Positions 31,553 through 37,745 of a DNA stretch of 37,745 nucleotides are shown here, piece after piece. Within the stretch, counting starts at the first letter, position 1. Every line of letters begins with the position of its first letter. The DNA lies in the IMG/VR virus record IMGVR_UViG_3300005882_000006. One strand, written 5' to 3'. Source of the DNA: a virus. The position numbers and the translations under genes are program-made. The notes under the pieces were generated by a model that was not told the DNA's origin, did no database searches, and saw nothing but the letters and a program-made list of their open reading frames with translations.

Positions 31553-31911
31553 TAGCTTTGCCTCTCACTTAATATAACATAACCATTCTCAAGCGCTGTA
31601 ACATTTCTTGATGCGATTTCATTCTCAACCCACAACTCTATTCTATCGTTATTGTTCATTGTGCCAATGGCGTTAAATGCCACACCCTCTGCACGACCAG
31701 ACGCATTCAATGTAGAGCCAGCAGTCTCAGATAAATCAACATAAGAAGATGCACTATCATCCCACAAGCGCACATAAACGTTAATCACATCTCCATTTGT
31801 ACCAGTGAAAGATAAGTTACCCTTCACCTCTACCTCAATTGTATTATCACCATCATAAACAAAAGCATTATCAGTAGAGTGTGTTTGTAGACGTGTTCTT
31901 TGTTGATGCAT
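31552..31911 (-). CDS. Hypothetical beta-rich virion protein (start taken at ATG 31911)
   Basis: The track ORF begins at GTG 31920. It overlaps the upstream gene by about 41 nt and has no clear SD. Confidence 0.4.
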   Translation of the reverse strand: MHQQRTRLQTHSTDNAFVYDGDNTIEVEVKGNLSFTGTNGDVINVYVRLWDDSASSYVDLSETAGSTLNASGRAEGVAFNAIGTMNNNDRIELWVENEIASRNVTALENGYVILSERQS

Positions 31912-32062
31912 AAGGTGCACCCGCTGGTGTCCCGCCTACCGTATTAAGCGAAAATAACACAACACTATCCTCTTTTAAGTTACCAACTACCAATGTAGCT
32001 CCTGTTGTGCCTGTCGCTGTAATTTGTCCAGCAATATAACGTTTAAATTCACCTGCAATCAT
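31871..32062 (-). CDS. Hypothetical small virion protein (63 aa; start moved to ATG 32062)
   Basis: AAAGGAGAAAA SD lies upstream of the ATG at 32062. Confidence 0.45.
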   Translation of the reverse strand: MIAGEFKRYIAGQITATGTTGATLVVGNLKEDSVVLFSLNTVGGTPAGAPYASTKNTSTNTLY

Positions 32063-32075
32063 TTTGTTTTCTCCT

Positions 32076-32708
32076 TTATAAAATTGGTTGCGTTTGTAAA
32101 TATCCAGTACCAAGTAAATTGCCACTACGCTCCCTCATAGCTCGCAATTCAACTCTTTCCAACTCAGAGTAAACAAGGGCGTATTGTGCGTCATCCTTGT
32201 CCTCTGCGTATATATTCTTTAATGCCCTAACCATGATTAGGTCTTCTGCATAAGTCGTAAAATCGTTACTATCGCCGTCCGCCGTTAAGTCCTCATACGA
32301 CTTAACATAGCGCAGCTTCAATGTGTAAGCTTTGTCAGGTGTTGGAAGTAATAAGAATGAGCCATCCTTATATAAATAATATTCTGGCCTTCCTTTCTGG
32401 TCATCATCACTCTCAAAAAACTTATCCGCTGGCAGTTTACCTAAATCTATCTTAACTTGGTCATCAATGAGCAATAAGCCGTTAACCTGTAACTCATTCA
32501 CCAAATCTGCAGGAACGCTTGGCACATCCTGAGTGCCAGCAGTTAACGTGATAGTGGCTTCATCTTCATTAAACCAAAATCTAAAATTCTGGTAATATCT
32601 AACCGCACGATTAATCTCTTCATCCACTGCGGTCGCAGAAAGACCTGTAAAGCTAGGGTCTTTAATTTTACGAGCTATTCTGTTTCTCAACTGCGACAAC
32701 GTGGCCAT
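32076..32708 (-). CDS. Head-tail adaptor/connector-like protein (210 aa)
   Basis: The N-terminus LSQLRNRIARKIKD...AVDEEINRAVRYY is typical of head-completion and adaptor proteins. The position after the capsid genes fits. Confidence 0.4.
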   Translation of the reverse strand: MATLSQLRNRIARKIKDPSFTGLSATAVDEEINRAVRYYQNFRFWFNEDEATITLTAGTQDVPSVPADLVNELQVNGLLLIDDQVKIDLGKLPADKFFESDDDQKGRPEYYLYKDGSFLLLPTPDKAYTLKLRYVKSYEDLTADGDSNDFTTYAEDLIMVRALKNIYAEDKDDAQYALVYSELERVELRAMRERSGNLLGTGYLQTQPIL

Positions 32709-32766
32709 ATCAATTTATCCTTTAGAGAGAGGAACGGGATAAACCAACCTTGGCAACCCGTAGAAA

Positions 32767-32786
32767 GCACCCCAATTAAGGGGTGC
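32767..32786 (-). terminator. Stem-loop after the capsid/decoration genes (partial terminator or mRNA stabiliser)
   Basis: The minus strand reads GCACCCC-TTAATT-GGGGTGC followed by TTTCTA. The stem is a perfect 7 bp but the T-tract is weak. Confidence 0.45.
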
Positions 32787-32794
32787 AATCCATA

Positions 32795-33259
32795 TTAGCT
32801 ATCGTAAGACACAAGAACATCAAATGTTACTGTGCCTTCACTTTCAGTTACATTAACGTCATTCTCTAACGCTAACCAACCATTACCTTCTGCAACAAAA
32901 GCCATACCCTCAACTTCATCAATTGAAATCCAACCGCCAGCTTGACCAGCGTTTGAAGCAGATGCAAAAGCATCAACATCATTTGTGAAGCTAGTATCAT
33001 CATCATAGATAATACCAAGGTTTACTAGACTGTCTGTTCCAGCATCAATGTCAGTGATGTGTACCGATTTATCGCTAAGCGTAAAGCGTGCGCCTTTTTG
33101 GAAAGGAACAAGGCCAATAAATGCCCCTGCTACCGTACCACTAGGAACAGTCACTGTGCCTTTTACAGCACGCGCTGCACCAGATGGGTCACGCTTAACT
33201 TTTAGATAGTCTGTATCATCACCAGCGTATTGTGTAGGTACTACTGTAGGTGTTGTCAT
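32795..33259 (-). CDS. Capsid decoration/cement-like protein candidate (154 aa)
   Basis: It lies immediately downstream of the capsid gene, is beta-rich, and is followed by a hairpin. Confidence 0.35.
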   Translation of the reverse strand: MTTPTVVPTQYAGDDTDYLKVKRDPSGAARAVKGTVTVPSGTVAGAFIGLVPFQKGARFTLSDKSVHITDIDAGTDSLVNLGIIYDDDTSFTNDVDAFASASNAGQAGGWISIDEVEGMAFVAEGNGWLALENDVNVTESEGTVTFDVLVSYDS

Positions 33260-33268
33260 CTAAGCCTC

Positions 33269-34402
33269 CTATACGTGTGCTGCTGCGTAAGTTGAAAGAA
33301 CAAACGAACCAATGTCTTCACCGTTAGATGGAGCCATTTTCTTAATGCCGTAGATAGACGACAAATCATAACCCTTAACGTAGTCATAATCTGAAAGCTG
33401 TACGAACATTTTGAATGGTACGTCTGTATCATCTTTACCAATACCGCCGAATGGTGAAGCGTAAGAAAGTGCATCCTTACCTACCATTACAGCGCGGCGT
33501 GCAGTTGTGATTGCTGCTGATGTTGAGCTGTTAGCACCAATCGCGACACGTGGCGCACGATAGATTTTAACATTCTCATACATACCAACAAGAACTGGCT
33601 TACCGTTGTATTTGAAAGATAGATTGCTTTCCTTGCCACCTTGCTCTGCTGCAAGCTCGTTTTGATACCATTGAACGGAACCTGAGCTATCATGCTTCAA
33701 ATCAGTTACCTGATAAGGGTGCAGGAATAGCTTAAAGTATCCATCATCACATGGCTCGATAGGCTGGTCATTAGATGTGATTGTCTCACATGCAAAGTCT
33801 AGCAAGTCCATTGTGAAAGTATCGGCACTTGTCAATGCTTCATCGGCTGCACCACCACCTGCACGGATAATACGGTTAGATGTAGGCGCTGTTGGTGTAT
33901 TGTGACCTTGCACATGTAACTTATCTGCAGCGCTAGCATATGTAGTGCCGTTCAAAGTAAATGATGTAGGGTTTACGCCAGCCAATTGATTAAGAACAGA
34001 ACTATCCATCAACTCAACTGCGCGTTTTGCTAAAAGATTAGCTGACACTTCATCAAATTCAATGTTAGTACGTTGCTGCTCAATAGAACGTGCGTTAGGG
34101 TTAGATACCAATAGACGCGTTAGGTTAATAGTCATGTTATGACCGCCTAAGTTAAGCGCTTCTTCGTTACCGTAGCCTGTACCACCTTCGCCAATTGGAA
34201 CGTCTGTTAGTTTAGCAGCGTAATCAAAGCGAATATCATCGCCTCGGTTATCGCCACCGCGGAATTTTGCAGATGCATCGTACATTGCGCCATCTTTGAC
34301 ACATAGACCGAATACAGACTGCTGCATTTGCTCCACCCAAGTCTTCTTTTCCCATTTTTTTACAGTAGAAGAATTGGCAGAACTCATTGTTGTAGTAGCC
34401 AT
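33269..34402 (-). CDS. Major capsid protein
   Basis: The 377-aa product lies after the scaffold gene. The N-terminal region (KKWEKKTWVEQMQQSVF...IRFDYAAKL...GEGGTGYGNEEAL) has the pattern seen in HK97-fold capsid proteins of scaffold-dependent podoviruses. Confidence 0.7.
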   Translation of the reverse strand: MATTTMSSANSSTVKKWEKKTWVEQMQQSVFGLCVKDGAMYDASAKFRGGDNRGDDIRFDYAAKLTDVPIGEGGTGYGNEEALNLGGHNMTINLTRLLVSNPNARSIEQQRTNIEFDEVSANLLAKRAVELMDSSVLNQLAGVNPTSFTLNGTTYASAADKLHVQGHNTPTAPTSNRIIRAGGGAADEALTSADTFTMDLLDFACETITSNDQPIEPCDDGYFKLFLHPYQVTDLKHDSSGSVQWYQNELAAEQGGKESNLSFKYNGKPVLVGMYENVKIYRAPRVAIGANSSTSAAITTARRAVMVGKDALSYASPFGGIGKDDTDVPFKMFVQLSDYDYVKGYDLSSIYGIKKMAPSNGEDIGSFVLSTYAAAHV

Positions 34403-34540
34403 GAGTTACCTCGTAAGTTAAAGTTAATTAACCGCCAAGACCTTTAAAGTTGGGAAAACCTCGATGTTTTTTGTATAAGAGATTCGGAACTCTCTGCGTA
34501 TTATAGGCGCGACCCCTGCGTTTTATAGTGCGCGAACACA

Positions 34541-34572
34541 TAAAAAGGCGTGTCCAGAACATCCAGACACGC
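34541..34572 (-). terminator. Rho-independent terminator-like hairpin between the scaffold and capsid genes
   Basis: The minus strand reads GCGTGTC-TGGATGTTCTG-GACACGC followed by CTTTTTAT. Confidence 0.5.
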
Positions 34573-34606
34573 ACATTCTAACATACTTTTTTTTAAATGA
34601 AAAGCC

Positions 34607-35425
34607 CTACCATCCCATATCTGATAATGTCATGTTTGAAATCTCATCCATATCATCATCGTCTAATTCTGAGAATGTTTTCTTAGCCGCTGCACTACCC
34701 TTGCCGCCTGTCATGGCGTTAGGTTTTGACATCTCTTTCGCTGCTTGCAGATTTGTTTTTGGCTTAGCCTTTGTATATCCCAATTCCACTGCATAGCTAT
34801 CAAGAACATCTACAATGTTTTTTGCTTCATTATAAATAGCTTCTACTGGGTCTTGACCTAGCATATGAGCCTTGTTTGCTATGACAAGCTTCTCTCGGCG
34901 TAAATGGTCGCTAGCCTGTCGCTCTGTCATGCCACGCTTGATTAGGTTTTTCTTCGTAAACCCTAGTGCTTTTTCCACTACATCATCATAGTCTGTAAAG
35001 GCTTCTTTAAATTCATCCTCCATAGGCTTTAAAGCAACTTCATCTTTATCCATAAGCTCGTTTTCATGTATCTTTTGCAATGCGGGAATGTATGGCTCTA
35101 GCGGATTGCTCTCAGCTTTCTTCACAGTGTTATCTACTGTCTGCTGATATTGAGATTGATTAGCTTCTCTCTGTTTTTCCTGTTCTAGCTTTTGCTTTCG
35201 GCGATCTCTATATGCTTGCTGTTTTTTGGCAGCGTCCTCGTCACTGTCATCATGTGCATTCTCGCCATCTGCTTGCTCATCAACTTCATCTTTATCATCA
35301 TCTTCGTGTTGTTCCTCTACCTGAATAGGCTCATCTTCATCTTGAGTATCATCAATAACATTTTCAATAACCTCCTCTTTAACCTCACCACCCTGCAAGG
35401 CTTTTACTTCTTCATCGAACGACAT
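34607..35425 (-). CDS. Scaffolding protein
   Basis: The 272-aa product has a very acidic N-terminal third and is helical and charged. It lies between the portal and capsid genes, and no protease gene is present. Confidence 0.6.
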   Translation of the reverse strand: MSFDEEVKALQGGEVKEEVIENVIDDTQDEDEPIQVEEQHEDDDKDEVDEQADGENAHDDSDEDAAKKQQAYRDRRKQKLEQEKQREANQSQYQQTVDNTVKKAESNPLEPYIPALQKIHENELMDKDEVALKPMEDEFKEAFTDYDDVVEKALGFTKKNLIKRGMTERQASDHLRREKLVIANKAHMLGQDPVEAIYNEAKNIVDVLDSYAVELGYTKAKPKTNLQAAKEMSKPNAMTGGKGSAAAKKTFSELDDDDMDEISNMTLSDMGW

Positions 35426-35436
35426 GCACTCTCTCC

Positions 35437-37533
35437 TTATATTGTGACATTTACATCATTGTAGTTTTTCGCCGCCAGTATGTCATTTTCAATAGACTTA
35501 CTTTCAACATCTTCCATAGTCTCTTCAATCTCAACTCGAGTTTTTGAAGTCTTCTCTATAGTCTCTTGCGTTTGCGCCTTTGTCTTGTCAATCTCCGCTA
35601 ATTGTCTAGCCATTTGTACCTGCATTTGCTGTGATTGCAATTGCTGTAACTGGTCTTGGAGCGGTTTCATCATTTGTTGCATCTGCTCTTGTGATATCTG
35701 TTGCTCGCCTAGCAACACATCAATGATAGACTTCTTATCTCTTTCAGGAATTGGCATATACTTAACAGCAGCAGCATACATCTGTGTATATCGTGGGTCG
35801 CCGATAGCTTGCATAGATTGCGCCATTTGAATAAGTGTTTGTGTGTAGTATTCTTTTTGTGTAGGTGTTTCTGGCATCTCTCCTACGCTTACTTGGTACT
35901 CATCTACCAAGAAATCAGGGCTTATACGCTCAAACAACATATTCCCATCTGGGTCAAATACCTTGAACATCTCGCCACGTGAGCTTTCGGCTAGCAATCT
36001 CATGAATGATAGCATCAACCTTGCTTGCTCTTTCATATATAAGTCCGCGCTATCGAAATAACACGCCATTGTTGTCATAGCTTGCTTAATTCTCTGGCGC
36101 TGTAGCATAGCTGTTTCGTTGCCACTAGCGACAACACCGAAAAAGCTCTCATCAATACCAGTTACCAATCCAAAATTCTCATTAGAAGTTTGTAGTATGG
36201 CTTCATAACCAGTATTCAACTGTGGTTGCGCCTTTGGTTGAACCTTTCCACCTGAAAGAGCGCCAGAATTAACACGTGTAGCTGAATTAAATCTAGCCCA
36301 AGATGCCTCAAATTCAGCCACGTTATCCACTGCGTCATCTTCATACATAACACCACCACGGGCATTGCTCGCGATGATAAGCATAAATTCAGTTAATGAC
36401 TTGTTATAGTATCTTTGAGGCTCTCTCATACTCGCAACTATGCCCGTCCAGATGCGGTTTACGTCATCATAATCGCCTGTCTTAAATTTAAGGCTAAACC
36501 CTTCCTGAGATACAGAACGATACTTAGTAAATACTCTCTGACCAGATATAACAGCAGTATAATATACGCTGCGCTTATCAGCTATAGGGTTATACTCAAG
36601 ATTAAATAGTTTAAATATCTCTCTTACATCAGCATAATTCTGCTTACTAATACAAAGCATCTCAGCTTCTGGATTAAATCTGAATATGCCATCTTCACTC
36701 TCAATTGTAGAAAATGCCACCATCAATTCTTGAGCTTCTTGCGGGCTAGATAAGTTATAAAGCGGGTTTTCAATACGGTAAAACTTCTCAACCTCTACCC
36801 ATTGATAAAAGTAAACACGAACACGTTTTTTCTTGTTATCTGCCCACTCATAAGCTATTTTATCTTGGATACCACCATAAGGATTAAATTCATAATCCAA
36901 GCTATCGTCATCTTGGCTTGATGTTTCAAAATCATCTCCTTCTGCGTCAAATAACTCTTCTGCTTCCTCTGGGTAGTAATCACGTACACGGTAGACCCAC
37001 CTTGCATCAAGCAAGTTTGGATGCACTGCGCTTGGATCCCACCCACATTCGCAAGGGTCTACCCTTTCCTCTATAATCTCACCAGACGGAAGTCTTGTAG
37101 GATTGCCAGCTTTCAGAGTAATAGCCGTATCAGTAACGCCAACACCGCCTATAATTAAATCTTTATCCTGCCTTGTCTCGTGCTGTGCTGCATGGCAATT
37201 CTCCCGCACATAATCACTAAATCCGTTTAGATACTCAGTATAGGCGACTTGGTCTTGTCGGTTGTCAATAACTGCCTGATAGTCTGGCTTTCTTCGCATT
37301 TGCGCCATAAAACCAACCATTGAATTCACATATGGTTTCACACGGTTAAATGACACTTCTTTAACTTGCCTAGATGCGCCACGACCTATAAAAACATCGC
37401 CTTTGTAATTCATGTAATCGCCAGAATAGAAAGAACGGCACTCTTTAATATGTTTCCATTGCCCTTTCAAGCCTGATTTTGTGGCCGAGTAGTGGTCATA
37501 GAATTGATCGAGTAGTTTTTTATCTGATAGCAT
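35437..37533 (-). CDS. Portal protein
   Basis: The 698-aa product starts with its ATG overlapping the terL stop by 1 nt. Its Gln-rich C-terminal helix resembles a portal barrel. Confidence 0.8.
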   Translation of the reverse strand: MLSDKKLLDQFYDHYSATKSGLKGQWKHIKECRSFYSGDYMNYKGDVFIGRGASRQVKEVSFNRVKPYVNSMVGFMAQMRRKPDYQAVIDNRQDQVAYTEYLNGFSDYVRENCHAAQHETRQDKDLIIGGVGVTDTAITLKAGNPTRLPSGEIIEERVDPCECGWDPSAVHPNLLDARWVYRVRDYYPEEAEELFDAEGDDFETSSQDDDSLDYEFNPYGGIQDKIAYEWADNKKKRVRVYFYQWVEVEKFYRIENPLYNLSSPQEAQELMVAFSTIESEDGIFRFNPEAEMLCISKQNYADVREIFKLFNLEYNPIADKRSVYYTAVISGQRVFTKYRSVSQEGFSLKFKTGDYDDVNRIWTGIVASMREPQRYYNKSLTEFMLIIASNARGGVMYEDDAVDNVAEFEASWARFNSATRVNSGALSGGKVQPKAQPQLNTGYEAILQTSNENFGLVTGIDESFFGVVASGNETAMLQRQRIKQAMTTMACYFDSADLYMKEQARLMLSFMRLLAESSRGEMFKVFDPDGNMLFERISPDFLVDEYQVSVGEMPETPTQKEYYTQTLIQMAQSMQAIGDPRYTQMYAAAVKYMPIPERDKKSIIDVLLGEQQISQEQMQQMMKPLQDQLQQLQSQQMQVQMARQLAEIDKTKAQTQETIEKTSKTRVEIEETMEDVESKSIENDILAAKNYNDVNVTI

Positions 37534-37745
37534 TACACATCCAATACGCTTATTTCTTGACCCCAGTAATCACGCTCATTTGAAGCTACTCTCACCTTTG
37601 GGAATATCATGTTCATATCATATATCATAGACATAGCATCCATAAAGTCATCATGCGGCGCAAACGGGAATAGTAACATTTCCTGCTCGATCATAGCACT
37701 TATAAAATTATCGGGCAAGCCCTTCTCATTTTTATACATCAAGTC
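37533..37745 (-). CDS. terL: Terminase large subunit, C-terminal end (same gene as 1..1413; total about 508 aa once the 99-bp duplicate is removed)
   Basis: The track ORF 37533..37742 is in frame with 1..1413 through the 99-bp overlap. The stop TAA at 37533-37535 overlaps the portal ATG by 1 nt. Confidence 0.85.
   Translation of the reverse strand, partial: DLMYKNEKGLPDNFISAMIEQEMLLFPFAPHDDFMDAMSMIYDMNMIFPKVRVASNERDYWGQEISVLDV
37647..37745. repeat. 99-bp exact terminal overlap, copy 2 (identical to 1..99)
   Basis: Same as copy 1. The unique genome length is therefore 37,646 bp. Confidence 0.97.

Noticed and set aside
31871-31920. Frameshift fusion of the 63-aa and 119-aa virion ORFs
   Set aside because: Fusion would need a +1 shift and there is no slippery or homopolymer sequence in the overlap. 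I treated them as two overlapping genes.
1-37745. Integrase, repressor/lysogeny module, tRNAs or transposase
   Set aside because: No ORF shows tyrosine or serine recombinase motifs or transposase motifs. The only HTH proteins are 69-70 aa. Nothing supports calling a prophage-type lysogeny module.

Overview
The window is a complete, circularly closed dsDNA phage genome of about 37,646 bp. Bases 1-99 are identical to 37647-37745, and the break point lies inside terL. terL is therefore split across the window ends and is missing from the ORF track. The host is Gram-negative, judging from a SAR-type GH24 endolysin, a two-TM pinholin-like holin and an Rz with an embedded Rz1 lipoprotein. The minus strand carries two arms. 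The early-left replication arm (8445 down to about 2709) holds an SNF2 helicase, an amino-DNA methyltransferase, RusA, two replication proteins and small ORFs. After a strong terminator and a promoter-like site, the late arm runs from 2506 down through base 1, wraps, and ends at 17700. It encodes terS, terL, portal, scaffold, major capsid protein, tail and fibre genes, three large ejection-type proteins, the lysis cassette and a 1404-aa esterase fibre. There is no tape measure, sheath or prohead protease, so the virion is podovirus-like. The plus strand (8573..17650) is an early recombination and accessory arm with a Rad52/Sak-like annealase, SSB, an HNH-like protein, a NinB-like protein, HTH proteins and many small ORFs. 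I found no integrase, tRNA, CRISPR array or reverse transcriptase. Five things stand out. (1) A 3.09-kb accessory cassette is bounded by perfect 61-bp direct repeats, and its first gene carries 27 tandem 18-bp units encoding G-x-x-Q-x-I hexads, coupled to an XRE HTH gene. (2) A 91-aa ORF is a strict (Gly-X)39 dipeptide repeat rich in Gly-Tyr. (3) Two genes are each interrupted exactly at an in-register A_AAA_AAC heptamer, where the -1 frame continues the protein. (4) A GC-rich structured intergenic element sits at 3556..3690. (5) An early-expressed membrane protein and lipoprotein pair exists in addition to the canonical spanins. All functional calls come from reading motifs by eye; no database search was possible.
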